Assembly (NCBI GenBank): GCA_951406725.2
Contig: OX597816.1
Span: 37,014,001-37,078,000 of the forward strand
DNA length: 64,000 nt
Direction of reading: 5' to 3'
Source of the DNA: Octopus vulgaris
Lineage: Eukaryota
This document shows positions 1-11,951 of this stretch, in pieces. Below the pieces are notes generated by a model. The model saw only the letters and a list, made by a program, of their open reading frames with translations. It ran no database searches and was not told the DNA's origin. How positions within the stretch are numbered: position 1 is the stretch's first letter; every line of letters begins with the position of its first letter. The position numbers and the translations under genes were made by a program.

Positions 1-96
1 TTTTATTTACAATCTTATAATGATATATTATAAGATAATATATTATAATTGAATAAAATAAAATGAAATAGTAGAATGTTAAATATTCATTCTGAT

Positions 97-141
97 TGAA
101 CTAGTACTTTCATGCATTGAATTCTGCAATCTTCGGGTTCA
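97..141 (-). ncRNA. Mirror copy of the hammerhead motif in the left palindrome arm
   Basis: Exact reverse complement of 219-263. Confidence 0.75.
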
Positions 142-218
142 TGTAGTAGTGTTGACAGTCATGCTTCACAATTTTTGACTGTCAAAAATTGTGAAGCATG
201 ACTGTCAACACTACTACA

Positions 219-263
219 TGAACCCGAAGATTGCAGAATTCAATGCATGAAAGTACTAGTTCA
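219..263 (+). ncRNA. Minimal type I hammerhead ribozyme motif (U4C core variant)
   Basis: Stem I tgaac/gttca; core CCGAAGA; stem II tgca-gaattcaa-tgca; GAAA; palindromic stem III gtac; UA cleavage dinucleotide at 257-258. Confidence 0.75.
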
Positions 264-425
264 ATCAGAATGAATATTTAACATTCTACTATTTCATTTT
301 ATTTTATTCAATTATAATATATTATCTTATAATATATCATTATAAGATTGTAAATAAAACGTGAAAATCAGACAAGGTTGGAATTCTTTTTATTAATATA
401 TTCTTCTATACACAATCACACACCC

Positions 426-486
<61 letters not shown>

Positions 487-487
487 C

Positions 488-943
488 TTGACAAATGCCA
501 AACTTCACATACCACATCCTTCCCCAGCAGTTAAAAAATGTGCACGCCCAAACTGTGGCACCTGCTCCTTCCTACTTGAAGGCTCTGAATTTATCTTCAA
601 ACAAATAACGAAGTTTAAAATCAAGACCAACTTCTCCTGTTCCTCCGAGAACCTTATCTACGTTCTCACATGCGCCGGTTGCCAACATAATTATGTTGGA
701 CAAACGAGCCTCCCTTTACGTAAAAGAGTAGCGGTGCATAAAGAACAAATAAATCTCCCGGAATACCGGCAAATCCCACTGAGTGACCACATAGACTCAT
801 GCGCTAAAGACAAAAATCCCAAATTCTACATATTCCCCTTCTACCAATGTAAAGACGGAATCACCACACAGGAGAGAATTAACAAGGAGAATCTCTTTAT
901 TGAAAAATTCAAAACGCATCTTAATATGCAAACTCCTCGTTGA
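488..943 (+). mobile_element. Penelope-like retroelement, C-terminal GIY-YIG endonuclease ORF fragment (5'-truncated at (TA)n)
   Basis: CxxxxCxxC, then NFSCSSENLIYVLTCAGCQHNYVGQT (GIY..YVG with intervening CxxC), then R..RV..H and a terminal KE..FI.KF...LN. This layout is typical of the PLE endonuclease. The start codon is probably not real. A probable 3' UTR runs to (TA)n at about 1798. Confidence 0.85.
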
Positions 944-1804
944 TCATACTTCTTTTTTCTACCTCATTCTTCATGGATGGACTAACACAAATATATAAGG
1001 ATACCATGCAGTCATCACTTCAAGCTAAAACTTATATTCTTTAATTATCATTATTATTATTGTTGTTATTATTATTATTATTGTATATGACATAACAATC
1101 TGAAATGTAATTATAAATTGGTTTATGTAAATTTATATAATTAGAAAACAATATAAATAAAGTGTTAAAATCTGAATGTTAAGTTAGCAAACAATTATAT
1201 AAAAAAAGACAATGCAAATGAAGCTAAAATGATAATTTTATGATTTAAGGTTTATTAACACCCTTTATTACAAAAAATTGATAAACCCAAATTGAAGAAC
1301 TTAAAACCCATAGAGTTGTCTCCCCTTATTCACAGGAACTGGTCTACTACTTCCTGTTTTGCCATTCACTTAAGAGCCATCCTTAATTAAATTGAACAGC
1401 ACATGGATTTAATCCCATGGATCTCAATCCTCCAAGGTAATTTTTTCAAGAACTATCATTAAACTCAAGATACACAAAGACTTTACAATGTATCGGAGTA
1501 CCTATTTTTTATTTTTTGTATATATTTATTATTATTTTTTTGAAAAAACAATGTAATTTTCTTTTTTCTCCCTCCTCAAATTTAAAACAAAAATTTTCTT
1601 TACAATTCTTGAAATGTCACATTAAGATGAAAACCGTTTTGAATTAATATATATATATTTTATCAATTTTTCAAAATTCTCCATACACCCATTTTCATTA
1701 AAAAATTTTTTCAATTTAGCATTCTGCCTTTTTATAATTTTTCCTTGCCTATCATTTTGTCCACGTGCGGTCAACACAACCCCACTATTTATTGATTTAT
1801 ATAT

Positions 1805-1858
<54 letters not shown>

Positions 1859-1904
1859 ACACACACCATGCACACAAATATATAATGTGTGTGTTATAGT
1901 TTAT

Positions 1905-1931
1905 AGATAGATAGATAGATAGATAGATAGG

Positions 1932-1976
<45 letters not shown>

Positions 1977-2017
1977 GATGGATGGATGGATGGATGGATG
2001 GATGGATGGATGGATGG
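1905..2017. repeat. (GATA)n-(GGAT)n compound microsatellite
   Basis: Direct reading. Confidence 0.95.
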
Positions 2018-3737
2018 TGAAGGGTATTATATTCCACGAGGTTATATCATTCTATTTTTCAAAAAACAATTTTTAAATAGTTAACATTAAAATTTTTTAC
2101 AAAATTTTTAAAATATACATTTGTGTGTGTGTGTGTGTGTGCGTGTGTGTGCGCGTGTGTGTGTGTGTCTGTGTGTGTGTGTATGTGTTTGTGTGTTTCG
2201 CGCATGTATGTACACAAACTTACATAACATACATATCTAGAAATGTATGTGATCATAAATATATTTATATATACATATTCATGCACACGCGTCTGAATAA
2301 GTGTGTGTTTATGTAGAGAGGTGCTTGTGTGTAGGAATGTATATGTGAGTATACGTATACACATACATGTGTATAGTATATATGTACAGCCATATATGCT
2401 TACTGAAATCATCAAAGAAAATTGGTGGCATTATTTAGATCGACATAAATAGAGACGACAAATTGCTTGGAAAGAGAATTGAAATTTCATTAAAATTTCT
2501 CTAAACATCTCACTTCCTTGTAGGCATAACAAATCAACTTATTGTCGCACTCAGTAAAATGTGGATTCTGTATTATATACAGAAGTCATTAGAGAGGTGT
2601 GTATATAACAAAATTTGTTGTTATACAAAGTGAAATTATGAACAGTCACACAGGTAAACAATTGTTAACTTGGCACTAATTTACCAACATAATCAGTTAC
2701 CTACGTATTTATCTCCTCCCCACATTCTCTCTCCCTTTCTTTCTCTCTTTCTTTATATATAACGTTCGGTGAACCCGGTTCTCACAACAAATATGCCTCG
2801 AGATAACGGAAACTTGTAGAAACTGTAATTTATTTGATGATTACACATTTAAATTGATGTCCTTTGAGGGTAGTGCCAGCTGTGGTTTCACAAAGTGAAT
2901 TGAAATGCATTGCTCAAATAAACAAGGTAGCGCCGGATCTAGGAGTTGAAATCATGTCCCTATGATCGTAAGCCGAACACTCTTACACTAATCAGAGGCT
3001 TATTATAAACATCTTGCAAATCACGACGTTTCTAACTTTCGTGTAACACACAAGTTCAAAATGTCAGTTATATATTCTCTTAAATGTTTTTTTTTTCAGC
3101 TGTTCCTCCCAGATCAGTATTTCTGGTATGGAAAAATACTGATCACGATAAACATATTCGAATATGGATGTAATCAGCGGGTATTTGAACACTACTAGCG
3201 GTATTTATATTTTCATTTCTAATCAGTGCAGTAAAATTTACATCGGTGATAAATAGAAACTATACGTTATCTTTTGCACTCGAGTAGGTCTAACGAAAAT
3301 GCACCCGTGGCCTAATACACTGGTATATTTTTCAATAGTTCTTGTAATGTTTGCCGTTTCATCGTAGAATGTTTCCCCTGCACACAAGCAAAAATATTAT
3401 ATTTTGAAATATGTCAACTGTGATACAAGCTATTGAACCAAGAAAGCAAGTTTTATGCATCATATGCTACAGCGAATCTTATAAACTAAAAACTTTATGA
3501 TGATGCATAGTAAAGGTTTTTCACTGAAAGAATCGATTTAAATCATTATGTGACGAAAATTAGCGCACGTATTTAATTAGTATGATGATGTTGGAAAGGA
3601 AATTTACAACTAAAGTGTTATTTAATGAGAAACGAGAATTATTTTTATAAAACGTGTTCAATAAGCCGCCATCTTTGAGAAGGCTTCGAATAATTTCTAG
3701 TCTAAATTACATACATTTATATATGTACATTTATATA

Positions 3738-3823
<86 letters not shown>

Positions 3824-4262
3824 AAAATGACACGCTAAAATAATATTTTCTTGCGCAGGTACAAGTCCAAAAGTAGTGGAGTATTTTGACGGATTAAAAC
3901 GATCCTAGTGTTTGATTAGCACTTAATTTTATTTTACAGACCCATCTGAAGGATGAGTCATAAACTTGATTTCGTCGCGACTTTACACAATGTAAAGACT
4001 TACGTGATATCTGCAAGATAGATTAAATTGTCATGAATCTCTAACATGTGGCATTCTATCCGACACACTAACAATTCTGCTAATTCGCTGTCAATAAACA
4101 TGCGAGATCTTGTATTTGAATAACAAAAATGGTTATTTATATGTAATATTTAAGATATTTTACAAAACGTCTACTTTCTGATAAACATTCATGTACAAGC
4201 TCACACACATGCACATAAAATGCATACATACGTATATCATATGTGTGTGTGTGTGCTTATGT

Positions 4263-4313
<51 letters not shown>

Positions 4314-4338
4314 TATGACTTAACTATCCTCTCACACC

Positions 4339-4390
4339 GTCTCCGATGAAGGGATATAATTGTTAAATATCCTAGAAACAGCTGTAAGGC
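4339..4390 (+). ncRNA. Minimal type I hammerhead motif (U4C) in a ~143-bp island (4313-4455) between two (TA)n tracts
   Basis: Stem I gtct/aggc; CCGATGA; stem II gggatat..atatcct; GAAA; palindromic stem III cagctg; UA at 4385-4386. Confidence 0.75.
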
Positions 4391-4468
4391 CTATCTATAA
4401 ATGCTCTAATATCTACAGAGCCTTGGTTTTTTATCATATTACGCCAAATATTCCTATATATATATATA

Positions 4469-4500
<32 letters not shown>

Positions 4501-4502
<2 letters not shown>

Positions 4503-4790
4503 GAGGCGCAATGGCCCAGTAGTTAGGGCAGCGGACTCGCGGTCGTAGGAACGCGGTTTCGATTCCCAGACAGGGCGTTGTAAGTGTTTATTGAGCGAAA
4601 ACACCTAAAAGCTTCACGAGGCTCCGGCAGGGGGTGGTGATCCCTGCTGCACTCTTTCACCACTCTTTCTCTCAATCTTTCTTCTGTTGGCCTGCTCGCT
4701 TAGCCAGCGGGGAGGCGTCATTCGAAGGCTAAAACAATGGGAACGCATTGTGACCAGCGATGTGTAGCAACATCTGATAGTCTGGTCGTG
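4501..4790 (+). mobile_element. tRNA(Arg)-derived SINE (family B)
   Basis: A box tggcccagtagttagg, anticodon-like arm gacTCGcggtc, B box ggtttcgattccc. Homologous copies at 28172-28475 and 38890-39078. Confidence 0.85.
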
Positions 4791-5349
4791 ATATATATGT
4801 GTGTATCTGCGTGTGTGTGTGTGCGCGTGTGTGTATATGTGTATGTATGTATGTATGTATGTATGTATATATCGTGAGAGAGTTTAAGTACCTCTTGCCA
4901 GATGTGCACCATGACTTAGCGACGATGTCCTTGTGCGGGTATATGTGTACACAGCAATCGTCTGGAGACTCTCTCTCTCTCTCTTTCTCATTCTCTCCCC
5001 TCTCACTCTTTCGCTTACTTTTGCGATTACGTTCATCTCTCTTGCAAGCATACAACGAAAATCCAAATCTGCTTGTGAGCATGCTAAAAGCAGGGAGAAA
5101 ATATACCATCTGTTATATATGTGAATGAACTCTAATTGTACACCAAAAATATAAAATGCCTCCGATCTCTGCGTTCAAATAATAGGAATATATACCAAGA
5201 ATAATCTATATGCATTATGGGAGGAATTAGTAGGAAATTCTAATTATGAAGAAAGTTTAAAAGGTTAAACTTGATTGATATACACGTTTTGTGAGATAAT
5301 GTCTTTAATTGGCTGGAACGTAATGACGTATACGATTACGTAGAGGTCT

Positions 5350-5745
5350 TCGGGATAATACGGTAATGAATAAAGAAATTCATCAGAAAATCTCTTAGGC
5401 GTTCAAATGCAGGGTTACGAAAACGCTTAAAGCAGAACTAACTTGATTAAATGTCTGTAAGGGTATCAATACATGGATTGTGCTGTGTTTGAGATACTCT
5501 ACTTCTCTTTAAAGTGAATGAAGGCAGATCTACAGGAATAGGGCAGAAGAACCATGAAGCTATTCAAAATGCGTAACGTACATCATTCTAACAATAACAT
5601 TGATAGACTTTACTTACAAGGCAAGAAAGAAGGCACAGAGTCGTGTGTTAAATGCAGAAGACCCCATCAGTACAGCAATTCTGCAGTTGTGAGTAGTAGA
5701 GAAATAATTTTTCTCTGTCAGGAAAATCGATGTCATTGAAAAAGC
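5350..5745 (+). mobile_element. Decayed R4/Dong-like LINE RT C-terminal fragment
   Basis: Remnant peptide ..RTMKLFKMRNVHHSNNNIDRLYL.GKKEG matches the (H)PKSDxxRLY motif seen in the other R4-like copies here. Confidence 0.55.
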
Positions 5746-5782
5746 GAGATAAATCGACAACAGGAACACTAACGACAGGACA

Positions 5783-6005
5783 AATATATTTCTTTATTGC
5801 CCACAAGGGACTAAACATAGAGGGGACAAACAAGAATAGACAAAGGGTTTAAGTTGATTACATCAACCCCAGTGCGAAACTGGTACTTTATTTATCGACC
5901 CCGAAAGGATGAAAGGCAAAGACGACCTCGGCGGAATTTGAACTCAGAACGTAACGGCAGACGAAATACGGCTACGCATTTCGCCCGGCGTGCTAACGTT
6001 TCTGC
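5783..6005 (-). mobile_element. SINE family A copy
   Basis: Shared core gaggtcgactttgcctttcatcctttcggggtcgataaat..gtaccag, tRNA-like head and tail ..ccccttgtgggtagtaaagaaata; more than 15 copies in the window. Confidence 0.9.
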
Positions 6006-6453
6006 AAGGACAAATAGTTGCAATGACATAGAAACTCCAGGTTCAAAGAAGACAAAAGACGGTACAAAACGACAAAGACAAACATGTTGAGGGGTTTGCA
6101 CATATCGTGGAAACTGTGTAACAAAATTAAGTAACAACGAAATTCCACAGAAACAAAATTCCTCAATAAAGTGAATAACTGTTTAGGGCCAACCAACGAA
6201 ACTACCACATAACCTCACTTACTCTGATGTCCAATGGTAAATGCTCTCTCTCATTCATTTGTCGGTTCCTGGGATACATACCCGAGAAGCTCTGTGTAGA
6301 TCCATTCAAGCGTATCATATTTCTACTATCACCCACCATTCAAAAGAATTTACTATGGAGCAGCCCTTTCTTCCCCACTCTATCCACCTGTAACATTAAA
6401 AAGTTCATGAAGGCTTATCCGAAGAGGAAAATGTCTGTCTGATGTTTTGTGGA

Positions 6454-6504
<51 letters not shown>

Positions 6505-7064
6505 CCTCTCTCTCATTCTCTCTCCCTCTCCCTGATGTTTTGTCTGTCTTATCCACTATGCAACCTCTTCCACCATAGCCAAAAAGTTAGAAGAAATGTC
6601 CCTGCCTACTCCACCAAACAAAGGCAGCGGAAGGCTCTTCACGAAGGGCGTGGCTTAAAACCACTTCCATCCCACTTGCGACATTTGTTCAATAAATCTA
6701 TACAAATCAGTAATGCTCGCACATTGAAAGAATGCGTTCAAAATGATTTCGTAGCAATGCGTTTATTCCCAGAAGCGAAAGGGCAGACACAAGAGCATGA
6801 TTAGACGAGATTTAGATTTCGTCTGGAACGGCATATTGGAAGCAAATTGGGAATATGTAAAGCATTTCAAATATTCTCAGACATTTCCAACTGACAGGTA
6901 CCGAATGGACTTCCAGAATGTTCCTGCGTGGACCCGGGGTAACTACATTGGATCAACCAACTCGTATCTTGGTAAAGTATTTTTAGATCATTACATTGAA
7001 ATAGTGTAGAATGCCCGCGATTTCAAATACCAGGTTATATATACCAATATGGCTTCGTTGATAC

Positions 7065-7295
7065 CTATTTCTTTATTACCCACAAGGGGCTAAACATAGA
7101 GGAGACAAACATGGACAGACATAGGTATTAAGTCGATTATATCAACCCCAGTGCTTAACTGGTACTTAATTTATCGACCCCGAAAGGATGAAAGGCAAAG
7201 TCGACCTCGGCGTAATTTGAACTCACAACGTAACGGCAGCCGAAATACCGCTAAGCATTTCGCCCGACGTGCTAACGATTCTGCTAGCTCGCCGG
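7065..7295 (-). mobile_element. SINE family A copy
   Basis: Full-length match to the other family A copies. Confidence 0.9.
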
Positions 7296-9374
7296 CTTCG
7301 TTGATACCTTGTACCTTTGCCATCTGGGCCGACTAAACTATTTTCGCTCCATTCAGTCTTAAAGCACGTGCCTTATCTCTGAAAACGCAACCTTTGTGTT
7401 GAAGAAATGTTCAAGAATAATTTTCACCATAAACACGTATGTTGCGTTGCATCCTTGCAGTTATTTATTCCCTCTCTAAATACTTTCTCTGCTGCCATCC
7501 TAATCACCCTCTCCAGAATGTCCCGACACCGTTGCTACCAATTAACTACCACTTAACTTAAATGATAATTCGGCATCGGTAAGCGTTAGGCGCCGAGAAG
7601 GATACATTAATCATCTAGCAATCAGGGCCTGCGAGCTCTAACTTAACCGACCATGAAGATCACAATTTTGTGGCCTGTCTAGCTGCTCGGTTGAAATTGT
7701 GAACACCCTACAATATCCCTATCAATTGACCTAAATATACCCTTTTTAGATACGAGCTATCCGATGCAATTATTCCAGGTTCAGATTGGTACAATCAAGG
7801 ATTCCATTTCGTACCTGTCAGACAGGTGGAAATATCTGAGCACGTTTGCAGCGCTTTTGCACATTCTCCCTTATTGGTTAGTCTTGTGCAATCTTATTTT
7901 ACTTCGAAGATGCCATTCTAGTCAGCCAATAGTACTAAAGTGTGGAAGGTGCACAAGAACACTTCCAGACTACTGAAGAAATCCAGCTTTCTTGTCCAGG
8001 ACGGCTCATAGCAGACCACTTCTGTTGGCCATAGTACACGACTAGGAACACCAATTTAACATTCGGGTCCAGGAAGATATTACGTGTCTCAAAATCACAA
8101 ACTTTTCTGAACCAGTATTACCACTCTTCCTCTTGGTCCATTCTGGTTAATAGTTGCATATATTTCGCAGCTTTCAGAGATTTACGCCAGTGTGGGTGAG
8201 TGCTGGGAATCCAAGTCTCGTTGGCTGTTAACACACCTATATCTACTGATCGGAGGTCATTTAACAAGTGAGATTATTTCCAAGGTGACCCCAGGTTATG
8301 TGCAGGTTATGAAGAAAGAGCTAGAAAGGCTACTAAGGTTTGCTTTGGAGAAGCTGAACCTTCTCCACTACAAAATGTGTTCTCTTCTCTCCTAACATGG
8401 CCTTACTCAGAGTATGAAGTATAAATGCATTTAATTTAGAGTCACTTCGGAAACAAGATCACCTTATGAATCACCTCAGGTTACTAGATATAGTTCAGTC
8501 TTCCCAACAATTGAGTTGGGTTCCTAATGAAGCCCATAAAAAATTTCATCCAAATTTTTTGATGTCACATGATAACTTATTATTTAGACTTCTGATATGT
8601 TTTGGGTTGGTCACAATGTTATTTTACTGTTGTTGAATCCTTCCCGTCGATTTGTATGTTATTAGGAATTTTTTTTGTTTCATGTGGATTGTTGTGTTTG
8701 TTAACAGCAATGACGTTTATGGTTCGAGTTGTGCATGCGTTTCATTGTCGTTGTCTTTGTGTGTATTCCTGTTGATATTAATGTGATGATGTTGGAATTA
8801 AAGATGTGGTGTTGTCGATCTTGGTGATTGGGTGTGTGATGTTTATATTTCTGTGTCCCCTCATGAAACACGTTGGCTTTTTTTCGTAGCAACCACGCCT
8901 TTCCTCTTCTACATTGGCTTTCCCCGACAAGGTCCACTAACGACGAGTCTTTCCACTTCACCTTGTCACAGGACGTGTTTTCATTGATTGAGCGGAAGGT
9001 GTGACTGTGTAAATGCTTGTCTTTACGAATGCAGGTAGTCCAGTGAACTGATGTGAGAAGAGTCTCTTTAGGTTGAGGTAGTGTTGGCGATACTATCTTT
9101 CCAAGCTATGGTGTAGGTGTGTACAACTATTATTGTTGTGAATGTTTTAGATTTAGTCCGCCGATGGTGCTGCTATTTCCTGTCCTGTTCCTGCCAATGT
9201 AGATGTTGTTGGGATGATGGCGTTTTTGTTGTTGCTGTTGTGGCAATGTCATCGGTGGCAGTGAGCAAGTCTTCCTTCCCAGCTGCTTTGATTAGGACAG
9301 AAAGCCCTTAGATGTTTTCTGTCACCAAATAAGTAACAACTAGGTCTTCTGCTCTCAGCTTCCACAAACCATTG

Positions 9375-9603
9375 CCTATTTCTTTACTACCCACAAGGGG
9401 CTAAACACAGAGAGGACAAACAAGGACAGACAGACGGATTAAGTCTTTTACATCGACCCCAGTGCGTAACTGGTACTTAGTGTATCGACCCCGAAAGGAT
9501 GAAAGGCAAAGTCGACCTCGGCGAAATTTGAACTCAGAACGTAACGGCGGACAAAATACCGCAAAGCATTTCGCCCGGCGTGCTAACGATTCTGCCAGCT
9601 CGC
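9375..9603 (-). mobile_element. SINE family A copy
   Basis: Full-length match to the other family A copies. Confidence 0.9.
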
Positions 9604-10616
9604 AAGCCATTGCCATCCACTAGACAGGTCGATCGGGTCAGAAAATTTTCTATGTCTATTTAGATGAAAAACTCCATTCCTGTACCCGAAACATTTTCCT
9701 TTCGCAGTCTGCGCAATTGTAAAATAGTTGTCTTCGTTTCAATATCGAGCAAGACGGCCGTCACCACCCGACGGTATATTTCTGAATCATCTACGGTACG
9801 GTTACAAAACTTCCCTTGCCATCTTAATAAGCAATTGTTTTTTGTGTGTATTCTTCAGCTTCTGTGGCGGTAAAGAAATTGACACTTGCGTTTGACACAC
9901 GTTCATTAACGCACATGGGACACCAGCTGCGGTGTTGGTGTGAACACTGGTGCTGGAGGAGAAGGTATTATTTTATTGTATGCTCACAACTCTGCTCTGA
10001 TTATCTTTGCTTTGCCTGTTGTTTTTATGTTGTTACTGCTACAAATTGCAGTGATGTCAGCGGTAGTTTGGTGGTTTGGTGAGTGTTGTTGTGTTGATGG
10101 TGTTATGATGGTGATGGTGTAGTTGGTGTCGGTGGTGGAGGTGGTGGTATTAATGATTGTTAGTTTTAGTATTACTACAATTTTATTGTACCTCTTGACA
10201 TTTCTCATTTGCATTATCTTTGTTGTTATTGGTTTTGCTTTACAGCCACTGGTGCTGTTGCAGTTACGGAAACTTGTGTTAACAATTGTACTAGGAACAG
10301 AAACATGTGCAAAATACTGTTCGTAATTACAATTTCAACACCCATCATCATCATCGTCTTGCTTCAACGTTACGTTTGTTTTTGTTCTTGTTTTTGTTTT
10401 TAATATCTGAGTTTGTCTTTGACGGAAAATACCTCGAAGAACCAAAAGTAAATATTAGTAACCAAACAGCTGGTCGACTTAATAACAAAACATTGGAATA
10501 AAATTTAAACTGCCTGTATTTTAAATAGCTAAACAAAACAAAAATTTACGACTAAGTTTCCTATTCATGTTATACAGAAAACAACAACAATGATAATAAT
10601 AATCCTGTCTACTTTA

Positions 10617-11891
10617 GACACTGAGGTAAAATATACGAAGCCCAATATACACATCATGACTACCCATGAGAGCCACTGCCTGGTACTGTATCAGGGCATT
10701 TATTATTATTATTGAGTGAGCGAGCAGAGCATGCCATCAAAGTGACACTGGGGTAAAATATACGAAGCCCAGTATACCCATCATGACTACCCGTCTGATA
10801 AGGGTACACCAGGCACATGCATCACAACCATATGTGCGCGACATGGGGATCTCATATCAAGATAAACAGCACATGACCTTGCAGGTGGAGCCCAGTTAGA
10901 ATTTTCTTCAGATCGAGTAACCCATCCCGCTCAAAAGGTCCCTGAATAAGGGTTGTTTAAGGACGTTGAACGAAACACCCATGTTTCCAGAGGTGAATTA
11001 TTCAAACCCCAAAGAATCCTTCTCAACAAATGGCTATGATGCTCCCCCACTACTTCTGCTCGTGATCAGAGATGCACATATTGTCAGCCACTAAGGGACA
11101 TGCTCAACTGGTTAAGGTCAAACAACTGACAAGCAAATCTGTGGTATTGAGCAGAATATTTGCTGTAGCCCATCTTTTATACCAAGACAAAACAATGTAC
11201 ATGATAACACTTCCAATCAGTTAAGATCAGAACCCATGAGTTATTATTATTATTATTATTATTATTGAGTGAGCGAGCAGAGCATGCCATCAAAGTGACA
11301 CTGGGGTAAAATATACGAAGCCCAGTATACCCATCATGACTACCCGTCTGATAAGGGTACACCAGGCACATGCATCACAACCATATGTGCGCGACATGGG
11401 GATCTCATATCAAGATAAACAGCACATGACCTTGCAGGTGGAGCCCAGTTAGAATTTTCTTCAGATCGAGTAACCCATCCCGCTCAAAAGGTCCCTGAAT
11501 AAGGCTTGTTTAAGGATGTTGAACGAAACACCCATGTTTTCAGAGGTGAATTATTCAAACCCCAAAGAATCCTTCTCAACACATGGCTATGATGCTCCCC
11601 CACTACTTCTGCTCGTGATCAGAGATGCACATATCGTCAGCCACTAAGGGACATGCTCAACTGGTTAAGGTCAAACAACTGACAAGCAAATCTGTGGTAT
11701 TGAGCAGAATATTTGCTGTAGCCCATCTTTTATACCAAGACAAAACAATGTACATGATAACACTTCCAATCAGTTAAGATCAGAAGCCATGAGAGCCACT
11801 GCCTGGTACTGCATCAGGGCATCTGTGGTATTGAGCAGAATATTTGCTGTAGCCCATCTTTTATACCAAGACAATCTTTTATACCAAGACA

Positions 11892-11892
<1 letters not shown>
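10617..11892 (-). repeat. Tandem array of a ~555-bp non-coding unit separated by (TAA)n; likely a non-autonomous (TAA)n-targeting retroelement
   Basis: Near-identical units at 10713-11240 and 11267-11822, an internally deleted unit at 10617-10701 and a partial duplication at 11821-11892. On the minus strand the two long units end in (TAA)n. Confidence 0.85.

Positions 11893-11949
<57 letters not shown>

Positions 11950-11951
<2 letters not shown>

Larger units (their letters stand above)
1..359. repeat. Perfect palindrome, 179-bp arms, 1-nt spacer at 180 (may extend past window start); HHR-bearing PLE-type terminal repeat
   Basis: 1-179 is the exact reverse complement of 181-359 (centre aatttttgac-t-gtcaaaaatt). 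The right arm continues via a short tail into (TA)n at 428-483. Confidence 0.95.

Noticed and set aside
1-359. Perfect palindromes as fold-back sequencing artefacts
   Set aside because: Cannot be excluded for the two perfect ones, but the same HHR-centred architecture occurs with diverged arms (56310-56727) and with a spacer (45571-46054), which artefacts would not produce
4501-4575. tRNA-Arg(TCG)-like sequence
   Set aside because: Head of a multi-copy SINE with a broken acceptor stem; not a tRNA gene
7480-8560. Higher-GC stretch suggestive of a decayed LTR/DIRS-type coding region
   Set aside because: No diagnostic motif could be read with confidence
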